From an uncultured Actinomycetota bacterium (GTDB lineage: Bacteria > Actinomycetota > Actinomycetes > Streptosporangiales > Streptosporangiaceae), in the NCBI GenBank assembly GCA_963834665.1, contig CAWICK010000002.1, forward strand, positions 20,581 through 84,580: DNA of 64,000 nt, given 5' to 3'. The notes under the pieces were generated by a model that did not search any database, had not been told where the DNA came from, and was given only the letters and a program-made list of their open reading frames with translations. A program made the translations under genes and the position numbers. This document shows, in pieces, positions 56,412-64,000 of this stretch (the first letter of the stretch is position 1; each line of letters opens with the position of its first letter).

Positions 56412-57791
56412 ATGGCAGCCAAGCCCATGACCGGACAGGCGTTCTTCGTGCTCACCGCGCTGGCCGATGGCCCGCGGCACGGGTACGGCATCGTGGGTGA
56501 GGTTGCCGAGCTGTCGCAGGGCCGGGTGAAGCTGAAGATCGGCAGCCTGTACGGGGTGCTGGAACGGCTCGCCGCCGAGGGGCTGATCGAGCCCGACCGG
56601 GAGGAAGCGCACGACGGCCGGCTGCGCCGCTATTACCGGCTGACCCAGGACGGGCGGCGGGCGCTGGCTGAGGAGGCCGAGCTTCGCGCCGCCACCGCTC
56701 GTGTGGTGCGGGCGAGACTGGGCCTGACCGGCGACGCAGGCAGCCGGATGAGCGGCGACCTGGAGCGGCGGTACCGGCGGGTGCTGCGGCTGCTGCCCGG
56801 CTGGTACCGGCAGCAGTGGGAAGAGGACATGGTCGCCGCCTTCCTGGACAGCTGGCTGACCGGCGACCCGGAGGCAGACGAGTACATCAGTAGGGCTGCC
56901 GGGCCCAGCTGGGCGGAGGTCGCCAGCGTGGCCGGCCTGGCCGTCCGGCTGTACCTGGGCGGCCCGGGCACTCCGCGCCGGTACGCCTGGGGCCAGGCCA
57001 TCCGGCGCGCGGTGCTCGCCGTGCTGCTGGTGCACGCGGTGCTGGCCGTTAACGTGCTGGTGTTCCTGGTGTGGAGCCGCCGTCTGGTCGGCTGGCTGCC
57101 CGCGCCGCCGGGGAGCCTGGTGGTCGCGCCCGGCGGCGTCTGGGACACGGTGTATTACCTGGTGAGCGTCACCTGGATCGCGATTTTCGTGACGCTGGCC
57201 CTCGGGCACTACCGCACGGCCCGGGTCCTCGCGGCACTGGCCATCGTCCCCGGCCTGGTCGCCTTGGTGCAAGCCCAGCTCACCGGCATCATGCCGGCGC
57301 CGTTCGGGCCGTGGGTCTTCTGGGTCCTGGTCGATCTTGCCCCGGTCCTGGCCATGACCGCGTTCCACCGGGACGCCCCGCCGGCCGCGCCCGGGCCCTG
57401 GCTGCTGGCACTGCCCGCCGGCTACGTCCTGGTGTACGGGCCGCTGCTGGCGCTCCAGGCGACCGGCAACTCCGCCTGGCTGCCGGACTTCTCCGGGCTG
57501 TGCTGCATCCTGGTCAGCCTGGCCTGCCTGGCGCACGCACCCAGGGCCTGGTCCCGCCAGGCCGCCGGCACGGGGCTGTGGTCGCTGACCCTGGTCCTGC
57601 TGGCCGCCGTCGCCGCGGCGTACCGGATCGTCACGCTCACCGACTACCTGAACGACCCGCACCTGATCAATGTGAGCCTGGCCGAACTGCTCATCATGCT
57701 GGCCGCCGTCGCGCTGGTCGCCCCCGACGCCGCCCGCGCCCAGACGGCAACGCCCGCACCGCCGCCATATCCCCACGCCATGGCCGCCTAG
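56412..57791 (+). CDS. PadR-family wHTH regulator fused in frame to a multi-TM membrane domain
   Basis: N-terminus FFVLTALADGPRHGYGIVGEVAELSQGRVKLKIGSLYGVLERLAAEGLIE...RRYYRLT. From about residue 115 (MSGDLERRYRRVLRLLPGWY...) there are about 8 hydrophobic helices. No stop lies between the two parts. Confidence 0.75.
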   Translation: MAAKPMTGQAFFVLTALADGPRHGYGIVGEVAELSQGRVKLKIGSLYGVLERLAAEGLIEPDREEAHDGRLRRYYRLTQDGRRALAEEAELRAATARVVRARLGLTGDAGSRMSGDLERRYRRVLRLLPGWYRQQWEEDMVAAFLDSWLTGDPEADEYISRAAGPSWAEVASVAGLAVRLYLGGPGTPRRYAWGQAIRRAVLAVLLVHAVLAVNVLVFLVWSRRLVGWLPAPPGSLVVAPGGVWDTVYYLVSVTWIAIFVTLALGHYRTARVLAALAIVPGLVALVQAQLTGIMPAPFGPWVFWVLVDLAPVLAMTAFHRDAPPAAPGPWLLALPAGYVLVYGPLLALQATGNSAWLPDFSGLCCILVSLACLAHAPRAWSRQAAGTGLWSLTLVLLAAVAAAYRIVTLTDYLNDPHLINVSLAELLIMLAAVALVAPDAARAQTATPAPPPYPHAMAA

Positions 57792-57804
57792 GAAGGACAC
57801 GGAC

Positions 57805-58098
57805 ATGCCGTGCCAGCGCCCGCCCCGCCCGCTGTCCGTCCTGGCCAGCGCGCTGGCCGCCGCCGGCCTCGTGCTCGCCGTTGCCGGCTGCAGCAACATC
57901 ACTCCGCTAGGGCCGGACCCGGCGCCAGTGAGCCTGCCACCGGCACGCGATCTGGGGTCACCGATCATCATGCAAATCATGCGCAGCCAGCCCCCCACTC
58001 CAACCGGCCGAGTGCCCGGCCGGCTCAATCGACCTCTTCGGGTCGGAGCCCAACGTGCTGCGGGCCGCGGTAGCTTCGGCACGCCCCGTGCACGGTAG
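57805..58098 (+). CDS. Putative lipoprotein (possibly the 5' part of a longer frameshifted gene reaching 58482)
   Basis: GGAAGGA Shine-Dalgarno. Lipobox LVLAVAGCS. The last third looks out of frame, and protein-like sequence continues in other frames (CPAGSIDLFGSEPNVLRAAVASARP...). Confidence 0.5.
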   Translation: MPCQRPPRPLSVLASALAAAGLVLAVAGCSNITPLGPDPAPVSLPPARDLGSPIIMQIMRSQPPTPTGRVPGRLNRPLRVGAQRAAGRGSFGTPRAR

Positions 58099-58266
58099 GC
58101 ACCGGGAGCACGGCCACCCCCCGCCGGCCACGCCGGCCACGCCTCCCGCGCCGCCGGCGGCGTAGCGTGCTACCGTCCGGTCGGAACTCCGGTAACGATC
58201 ACTTCCGCAGCGGTCTCCTCGGTCACCACCAACCGGAACCAACCGGGGCCCGCCTGGTACGGATTC

Positions 58267-58482
58267 GTGGTCGCCTTTCCCACCGCCGATGTGCCGGCGT
58301 TGACAGCGCTCATCCGGCAGGCCTATGACTCTGGCGATGCCGTCGGCATGAGCGTCGCCGGCAAGCTCTGGCAGGCCCCGCAACCACGACGCAAGTTCAT
58401 CGCACTCCGGGCGGAACAGATCAACCTGCTCAGCAGGACTCAAGCCTTCCAGCTTTACCGCCTGCTGGTCCCGTCTGGCTGA
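58267..58482 (+). CDS. Hypothetical protein or C-terminal fragment
   Basis: ...WYGFVVAFPTADVPALTALIRQAYDSGDAVGMSVAGKLWQAPQPRRKFIALRAEQINLLSRTQAFQLYRLLVPSG. The frame is open upstream to about 58160, so the start is uncertain. Confidence 0.4.
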   Translation: MVAFPTADVPALTALIRQAYDSGDAVGMSVAGKLWQAPQPRRKFIALRAEQINLLSRTQAFQLYRLLVPSG

Positions 58483-58502
58483 TCGCAACCGAGGAGAGGC
58501 CC

Positions 58503-59402
58503 ATGTCGCAGGCGCCAGCACGGCCAGATACCCGCGAGTCATCGGATGTTGCTGCGCTCGTCAGGCTGCATCACCGGCGGCGCGGGTGGGCGTGGGTGGC
58601 GATAGGCAGCGTGATTGGCCTCGGTGTGTACGCGGGGATCGCCTTCAGCCTGTTCGTGACGCTCACCGGGACGGCGGGAACCCTCAGCGTTATCCCGGTC
58701 TACGTGCTGCTGGCCCTGGTTCTGGCCGGGCTGGTTGTCGTAATCGTGGACACATCACGTATTCACCGCGCCGATGCTGCGGTCCGGGTGACCGCCAAGG
58801 GCAGCGTTTCGCACTACCCGCTGTACGCTCACGCATACCGCTATCCGCCGCGCCACCCGGCCAGCTGGGTGGCCGCCGTCTTCATGCTCGCCGCGATGAC
58901 TTGTATCACCGCCTATATCCTGCCGCAGGAAGTGAACTCGTGGGCCTATGTAGTCGGCGCGGAGCACCAGGACACTTTCAACCCGGTGTCGTATGTCGGG
59001 GCCTGCAGTGCAGGGACGGCGCGGATCAGATGCCAGATGGTAACCGAAGGCTACCTTTCCAACACCGGCGCGCATGTCAACTGGGGCCCCCAGGTGCCAC
59101 TCGGCAAGCCATTCAGTGTCGGCGACCCGCTGTGGGCCTGGGGCACCGGGCGGAGTCTCATCAAGGGCGACGGCTCGGCGATCACCACTATCGTCGCGGG
59201 CCTGTTCTTCGACGGCGTAGCGCTGCTGCTGCTGTACATCCTCATTGTGATAGTGCGTGACACGTCGCCGAGGCGAAGTCGGCGAGTGCCCGTGCCCGCT
59301 GGCGCAGATCCGGGCGCAGTCCGCCCAGCACATCATCCCAATCGCGGTCACCACGCAAACGGCACTCGTCGCCGTGTACGCCGTGGCCGAGGCAGGCGCT
59401 GA
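58503..59402 (+). CDS. Hypothetical membrane protein (4 predicted TM helices with a Cys-containing extracytoplasmic loop)
   Basis: GAGGAGAGG Shine-Dalgarno. Hydrophobic helices at about residues 30-50, 60-85, 120-140 and 225-250. The Arg-rich tail after about 59270 may not be genuine coding sequence. Confidence 0.6.
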   Translation: MSQAPARPDTRESSDVAALVRLHHRRRGWAWVAIGSVIGLGVYAGIAFSLFVTLTGTAGTLSVIPVYVLLALVLAGLVVVIVDTSRIHRADAAVRVTAKGSVSHYPLYAHAYRYPPRHPASWVAAVFMLAAMTCITAYILPQEVNSWAYVVGAEHQDTFNPVSYVGACSAGTARIRCQMVTEGYLSNTGAHVNWGPQVPLGKPFSVGDPLWAWGTGRSLIKGDGSAITTIVAGLFFDGVALLLLYILIVIVRDTSPRRSRRVPVPAGADPGAVRPAHHPNRGHHANGTRRRVRRGRGRR

Positions 59403-59453
59403 CGATCGCGCCGGATGGCGAGCGGCGGGCCAGAGTGGCGCCGAGTTTCCTGG

Positions 59454-59472
59454 CTAGACGATTGATTCCAAG
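59454..59472. repeat. Left 19-bp terminal inverted repeat CTAGACGATTGATTCCAAG
   Basis: Perfect reverse complement of 63294..63312. Confidence 0.95.
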
Positions 59473-59700
59473 GGATCGGGGCGGTGGTCACTAGGGCACC
59501 CTCTTTCTTGCGGGCACCGATACGGTGCTCGTTGTTGGGACTCGGCGGGAGCCGGGGTGACGGTCTGTGGCGGTCGCCGGAAAACGGCCAGCATGACACC
59601 ACCGCCCCCGGTTTCTCCGGGGACATGGACTGGCAACAGGGAGATGCGCCGCAGAGCGCCGGTTAGTGACCACCCGGTAGCTGTCCTCCTCGCCGGGTCG
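59454..59700 (-). mobile_element. IS982-family relic (3' end only), minus orientation
   Basis: Adjacent to the terminal IR, the minus strand encodes ...NNEHRIGARKKEGAL(frameshift)SDH. This resembles the C-terminus ...WHNHHTGQSIMRSLTASDH of the right-hand relic. It is truncated where the IS110 element begins. Confidence 0.4.
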
Positions 59701-59724
59701 TCGCTGCCATCTTGAGGAGTTGCT

Positions 59725-60971
59725 GTGTCGCTTGCGCTGCCTGACGCGCTGTTTTTCACCGGGATCGACTGGGCCGCCGAGTCTCACGCCGTGTGCGTGC
59801 TGGACGCGGCCGGGAAGATGCCGCCGAGTTCATCATCGAGCATTCCGCGGACGGGATCGCCGCTGCTGTCCGCCGCCTGGCCCGCTACGGCGACCCCGGC
59901 GTATGCCGGTCGCCATCGAGCGGCCCGACGGCCGGCTGGTGGACCTGCTGCTGGAAGCCGGGCACCCGGTCGTGCCGGTCAAGCCGAACGCGATCAAGGC
60001 CTGGCGGGAGGGCGAGGTGCTGTCGGGTGCCAAGTCCGACGCCGGCGACGCCGCGGTGATCGCCGAGTACCTGCGGCTGCGCGCGCACAAGCTGCGGGTC
60101 CTGGAACCGTACTCCGACCAGACCCTGGCCCTGCGGACCGTCGTGCGGACCCGCGGCGACCTGGTCGAGATGCGGGTCGCGGCCACTAACCAGCTGTCGG
60201 CGCTGCTGGAGGCGCACTGGCCCGGCGCCAGGGCGATCTTCGCCGACGTCGAGTCGCCGATCAGCCTGGAGTTCCTGACCCGCTACCCGACCCCGGCCGC
60301 CGCCGCCACCTGGGCGAGAAGCGGATGGCCGCGTTCTGCGTCAAGCACGGCTACTCCGGCCGGCGCACCGCCGCCGAGCTGCTCGCCCGGCTGCGCGCCG
60401 CGCCTGCCGGCACCGGCCTGGAGTCGCTCGCCGAGGCACTGCGCGACGCCGTGCTCGCCGCCGTCGCCGTCCTGCAGGCACTGAACGCCGCGGTGAAGAA
60501 CCTGGACCGGTCCGTCGCCGCCCACCTCGGGGAGCACCCGGACGGCAAGATCTTCACGTCGCTGCCAAGGTCGGGTCAGATCAACGCCGCCCAGGTGCTC
60601 GCCGAGTGGGGCGACTGCCGCCAAGCCTACGAGCGCCCCGACTCCGTCGCCGCCCTCGCCGGCGTCACCCCGGTCACCAGGCAATCCGGCAAACACCGCG
60701 AGGTGCACTTCCGCTGGGCCTGCAACAAGCGGTTCCGCGCCGCGATCACCACCTTCGCCGACAACAGCCGCCACGCCAGCCCCTGGGCCGCGAAGATCTA
60801 CGACAAGCCCGCGCCGCGGGCAAGGACCACCCGCACGCCATCCGCATCCTGGCCCGCGCCTGGATCCGCGTCATCTGGCGCTGCTGGCTCGACGGCGTCC
60901 CCTACGACCCCGCCCGGCACGGCGCCGCCGCCGCGCTCGCCGAACAGTCGGCTAAGCAAATCGCGGCCTGA
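59725..60971 (+). mobile_element. IS110-family transposase gene, about 4 frameshifts (near 59815, 59905, 60310, 60815)
   Basis: GAGGAG then GTG. VSLALPDALFFTGIDWAAESHAVCVLDAAGK / AAEFIIEHSADGIAAAVRRLARYGDP / PVAIERPDGRLVDLLLEAGHPVVPVKPNAIKAWREGEVLSGAKSDAGDAAVIAEYLR... / ...FTSLPRSGQINAAQVLAEWGD...ALAGVTPVTRQSGKHREVHFRWACNKRFR... / ...DHPHAIRILARAWIRVIWRCW. Confidence 0.8.
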
Positions 60972-61005
60972 GGTTGACACAGGGAGTGTCATGGCCCGCT
61001 GAGGG

Positions 61006-61767
61006 TCAGGTGCCGCTGGTGTCGATGAGGGCGCCGAGGCCGTCGATGACGCGCTGCAGGCCGAAGGTGTAGGCGTGGTCGGGATCATAGGCCGCGCCGT
61101 GGGCGGCGCCTGCGGCGGCGCCGACGCGGGAGGCGGTGGGGTACTTCGTCTCGTCGAAGACCCGGGCGAGCAGGGGGGCGTTGGCGGCCCACCATTGCTC
61201 CTCGCTCATCGCGCTGTCCTGCCGGGCGGCGTTCGCCTCGGCGGCCGAGCGCGCGGCGGCCTGGACGAAGCCGAGCAGGAAGGTGAGGGCGGCGTCCATC
61301 TCGATGTCGTCGAGCCCGAGGCCCTCGAACGCGGACAGTTCGTGCTCGTATTTGGCCATGAGCCCGGGGCCGAGCGGGGGCCGGCTGGTGGAGACCTCGG
61401 CGATCCAGGGGTGCCGGGTGAACAGGTCCCGGTTCTGCTGGGCGACGGCGGCCAGGCGCTCGCGCCAGGGCATGCCGGACAGGTCGCCGCGCGGCATCTG
61501 GCGGTAGACCGTGTCGAGCATCAGGTCGAGTAGTTCGGCCTTGCCGGGCACGTAGGTGTACAGCGACATCGGCACCACGCCGAGGGCGTGAGCGATCGCG
61601 CGCATCGTGACTGAGCCCAGGCCGTCGCCGTCCGCGAGGGCGATGGCGGCCGCGGCGACCCGCTCGACGCTCAGGCCCTGGCGCGGTCCGCGCCGGGAGT
61701 CCGCGGCGCCGGGCTCGCGCCAGAGCAGTTGGAGGGTGCGTGCGGGGTCGCCGGCGCTGCTGTGCTC
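61006..61767 (-). CDS. TetR-family transcriptional regulator
   Basis: Start at the ATG at 61767 (MPTEHSS...). HTH LSVERVAAAAIALADGDGLGSVTMRAIAHALGVVPMSLYTYVPGKAEL. The 452-aa track ORF is an upstream over-extension. Confidence 0.85.
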   Translation of the reverse strand, partial: EHSSAGDPARTLQLLWREPGAADSRRGPRQGLSVERVAAAAIALADGDGLGSVTMRAIAHALGVVPMSLYTYVPGKAELLDLMLDTVYRQMPRGDLSGMPWRERLAAVAQQNRDLFTRHPWIAEVSTSRPPLGPGLMAKYEHELSAFEGLGLDDIEMDAALTFLLGFVQAAARSAAEANAARQDSAMSEEQWWAANAPLLARVFDETKYPTASRVGAAAGAAHGAAYDPDHAYTFGLQRVIDGLGALIDTSGT

Positions 61768-61813
61768 GGTGGGCATGGGAACATCCTCCCGCGCGCTTTC
61801 GTTGTACGAAGTA

Positions 61814-61832
61814 CATTGTACGACGTACAATG
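61814..61832. promoter_or_regulatory. 19-bp palindrome CATTGTACGaCGTACAATG, with an upstream half-site TTGTACGAAGTACA; candidate TetR operator
   Basis: Read directly in the 105-bp divergent intergenic region between tetR and the VOC gene. Confidence 0.6.
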
Positions 61833-61872
61833 TTGATTGCCGTGCCGATCGCCCAGCCCGAGGAGCTTGCCC

Positions 61873-62262
61873 GTGCAGATCACCGCTTCCGCCGTATCCC
61901 TCAACGTCGCCGACGTGCCCGCCTCCGCGGCATTTCTGACCAGCCACTTCGGCTTCCGGCAGGAGATGGCCGCAGACGGATTCGCCTCCCTGGCCCGCGA
62001 GGACGCCGGAATGAACGTCGTCTTCCTGCGCCGCGGGCTGGCCTTGCTGCCCGAGGACCAGCGCGACACCCATGCCGCTGGCCTGATCCTGGCGTTCGTC
62101 GTCGAGGACCTCGAAGGCGAGCTGGCCCGCCTGCGCGAGGAGGGCGTGGACATCACCATGGCGATGCGCGAGGAGCCCTGGGGCGAGCGCGCGTTCCAGG
62201 TCACCGATCCCAACGGCATCATCGTCCAGCTCCTCGACTGGAACGCCCCGGCTGGCAAGTGA
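61873..62262 (+). CDS. VOC-family (glyoxalase/bleomycin-resistance-fold) protein
   Basis: GAGGAG Shine-Dalgarno then GTG at 61873. VQITASAVSLNVADVPASAAFLTSHFGF...EPWGERAFQVTDPNGIIVQLLD. Confidence 0.8.
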   Translation: MQITASAVSLNVADVPASAAFLTSHFGFRQEMAADGFASLAREDAGMNVVFLRRGLALLPEDQRDTHAAGLILAFVVEDLEGELARLREEGVDITMAMREEPWGERAFQVTDPNGIIVQLLDWNAPAGK

Positions 62263-62381
62263 CTCGCAGCGGCCCCAGGCGGCGGACCGCCCGCCGCCCC
62301 GACCGTACGCCAGGACACGCACGTGTCCCAATTTGGAGCGCAAGTCGACCGGCCATCGCACCACACACGGAGAGGCACGTT

Positions 62382-62549
62382 ATGGCCGAGCGGACCACCA
62401 GGCGCTGGCCCGGTCTCAAGCACATCCGGCGGCCCAGGACCCGGCGAGGCTGGCTGATCACCATCGCTGTCAGTGGCGCGATCCTCGCACTTAAACTCAT
62501 CCTCGGCATCGGCGCTCTCGCCTTGGTCGTGCGCCTGCTGACGCATTGA
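62382..62549 (+). CDS. Small (55 aa) single-TM protein
   Basis: GGAGAGG Shine-Dalgarno. MAERTTRRWPGLKHIRRPRTRRGWLITIAVSGAILALKLILGIGALALVVRLLTH. Confidence 0.4.
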   Translation: MAERTTRRWPGLKHIRRPRTRRGWLITIAVSGAILALKLILGIGALALVVRLLTH

Positions 62550-62799
62550 CCAAACCCCGGGCCGCCACTGGCGCACGCCTGGCGGCGGATGTTCTCACCC
62601 GGCGATGCCCGAGCGGGACATGGACGCCGCGTCGATGTCGCCGGCGCGGGACAAGATCCAGTGCCAGGCCTGCCCCATGGTCCCGCTCCTTCTCGCCGCG
62701 ATCGCGCGGCCTGAGTCCTCGCCCGCCGAGAGCGCCGTGGCCCATCAGCGTGATCCAGGGCCTGGCGCTGCCGCGCTCGAAGTCAGACCTGGAGGCACG

Positions 62800-63312
62800 G
62801 TGGTCACCGAGCTGGACCCCCTGGCAACCGCGCTGTTCACGTTCGTTGCGTCATACGCGAGCTGGCCGTGGCACCGCACTGTGGACCGACGATGTGTGGG
62901 TGGTGGACTCCACACCGGTTGAGTGCGCCTTCGCGCTGACCCCGAACTCGTCTCCGACCGACCCGGACAGACGTTGATCGGCGACGAGAACTACTTCGGC
63001 CGCGAGTTCGAAGCACGGCTAGCCGACGTGGCATCGAGTTGCTGCGCCCAGCCCGCAAGGGAGAACAGGAGCGAGCCGGATCGCAGCTATTCAAGCCTCT
63101 GCGACAGGTCATCGAGTCAATCAACGAGACCTTCAAAGGACAGCTCGACCTCGAACGGCACCACGGACGCACAGCCGGCGGGGTGACCGTCCGCATCCTG
63201 CAGCGCATCCTCGCGCTGACCGCCGCCGTCTGGCACAACCACCATACCGGCCAGTCCATCATGCGGTCCTTGACCGCTTCTGACCACTGACCGCTTGGAA
63301 TCAATCGTCTAG
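62800..63312 (+). mobile_element. IS982-family relic: internally deleted, frameshifted transposase plus the right terminal IR
   Basis: VVTELDPLATALF... / ...LWTDDVWVVDSTPVECA / RPGQTLIGDENYFGREFEARLA / LLRPARKGEQERAGSQLFKPLRQVIESINETFKGQLDLERHHGRTAGGVTVRILQRILALTAAVWHNHHTGQSIMRSLTASDH. About half the normal length. Confidence 0.75.
63294..63312. repeat. Right 19-bp terminal inverted repeat CTTGGAATCAATCGTCTAG
   Basis: Perfect reverse complement of 59454..59472. Confidence 0.95.
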
Positions 63313-63452
63313 GCCGGGGGAGGCCGACCCGTTAGCCGCTTGATTATGGCCGCATTCCAGCTGGGAAACCGATAGCCTCCTGGCGGAGCGGGTTGGTTCC
63401 TGGGGTGCGGCGGAGGCCGCACCGGACACCAGTGGCAGAAGGAGGCATCCCA

Positions 63453-64000
63453 GTGAGCCCGCCTGGCCTGACTCTCACCAAGATTCAGACGGTGGCCGCG
63501 GGGGACAAGCGGCTGCACGTGGCGATGATCGCCCCACCGTATTTCGACGTTCCGCCGACAGCCTATGGCGGCGTTGAAGCCGTGGTGGCAGACCTGGTCG
63601 ACGCCCTGATCGACAGGGACCATCAGGTGACCCTCATCGGCGCGGGCCGACACCGCACACGTGCGCAGCGGTTCCTCGCCACGTATCAGCGGCCGCCCGC
63701 GGACCAGCTGGGCGAGCCGCTTCCTGAGGTCGTGCATGCAGCTCAGGTCGCGCGGCTGTTAGAGGATCTTGACGCCGACGTTGTGCACGACCACACCCTG
63801 GCCGGCCCATTACTGGCCCGCGGCCGGGTTGCCCCGACAGTGGTTACCGTTCATGGCCCCGCCACGGGCGAACCTGGCACGTACTACGGCGCGCTGGGCA
63901 GCACCGTCGGCCTGGTGGCGATCTCTGACGCGCAGCGCGCCAAGGCACCGGAGCTGCCGTGGGCCGCGACGGTGCACAACGCGATCCGCGTCGACACCTT
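63453..64000 (+). CDS. Glycosyltransferase family 4 (GT-B), 3' end outside the window
   Basis: GAAGGAGG Shine-Dalgarno then GTG at 63453. RLHVAMIAPPYFDVPPTAYGGVEAVVADLVDALIDRDHQVTLIGAG...DVVHDHT. Absent from the ORF track because there is no stop in the window. Confidence 0.75.
   Translation, partial: MSPPGLTLTKIQTVAAGDKRLHVAMIAPPYFDVPPTAYGGVEAVVADLVDALIDRDHQVTLIGAGRHRTRAQRFLATYQRPPADQLGEPLPEVVHAAQVARLLEDLDADVVHDHTLAGPLLARGRVAPTVVTVHGPATGEPGTYYGALGSTVGLVAISDAQRAKAPELPWAATVHNAIRVDT

Noticed and set aside
626-58082. Many very long ORFs in the track that run antisense to, or out of frame with, recognisable genes: 626..1825+, 2359..3492+, 2936..4063-, 19025..20155-, 32575..34242+, 37675..39153+, 42158..43255+, 49828..50847+ and 56313..58082-.
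   Set aside because: They are Arg/Pro/Gly/Ala-rich with no recognisable motifs, and they overlap genes that have clear family signatures on the other strand or frame. Such shadow ORFs are typical of roughly 70% GC DNA, where stop codons are rare.
59246-59453. Minus-strand reading frame ARKLGATLARRSPSGAIVSACLGHGVHGDECRLRGDRDWDDVLGGLRPDLRQRARALADFASATCHALSQ abutting the left IR. It was considered as a host gene split by the IR-bounded element.
   Set aside because: Joining it to the sequence beyond the right IR (63313 onward) does not produce a continuous plausible frame. No target-site duplication was seen, and the region overlaps the tail of ORF 58503..59402.
61006-62364. 452-aa minus-strand ORF spanning the TetR gene and the VOC gene region.
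   Set aside because: Only the C-terminal 254 aa (from the ATG at 61767) look like a TetR protein. The upstream part is antisense to the well-supported VOC gene and crosses the operator-containing intergenic region.
62550-62799. Minus-strand stretch ...RPWITLMGHGALGG..., reminiscent of an alpha/beta-hydrolase nucleophile elbow.
   Set aside because: The catalytic Ser position is Gly, the flanking sequence is Arg-rich, and there is no extended ORF. It is not distinguishable from chance.
1-64000. Search for tRNA, rRNA, riboswitch or other structured RNA genes in the larger intergenic regions (12.2-13.1 kb, 27.7-28.5 kb, 30.8-31.0 kb, 43.2-43.5 kb, 56.2-56.4 kb).
   Set aside because: I could not recognise any cloverleaf-type or known riboswitch consensus by eye. 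A covariance-model scan would be needed to exclude them.

Overview
High-GC, actinobacterial-type chromosomal segment. Supporting signs are F420/LLM and mycothiol/DinB-type enzymes, Tat signal peptides, GTG starts, ATGA/GTGA start-stop overlaps and an apparently leaderless gene. A conserved housekeeping backbone is recognisable: ppk1-mutT1, ogt, rnd-DUF3000-hemE...hemY...chdC (coproporphyrin-dependent heme branch), add, polX, msrB and valS. It is interrupted by accessory blocks:

- a vapBC toxin-antitoxin pair;
- a degraded island with a serine-recombinase relic between DUF3000 and hemE;
- a LacI/GH6/MarR/LLM/ECF-sigma block between hemY and chdC;
- a GH92-ricin mannosidase and a secreted ricin lectin;
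- a heavily frameshifted sugar-utilisation locus (Gfo/Idh/MocA, TIM-barrel isomerase, ABC transporter);
- a 3.86 kb segment bounded by perfect 19-bp inverted repeats, carrying IS982-like relics, an IS110-family transposase and a TetR/VOC pair.

No rRNA, tRNA or CRISPR array was found. About 13 otherwise recognisable genes need frame changes to be read, including essential valS. Assembly indel error is therefore at least as likely as true pseudogenisation. I did not find a clearly novel multi-gene system. The best candidates for a second look are the two-gene cassette beside the recombinase relic, the IR-bounded composite element, and the ridA-repeat-bracketed ECF-sigma block. All functional calls come from reading the translations by eye; no database search was run.
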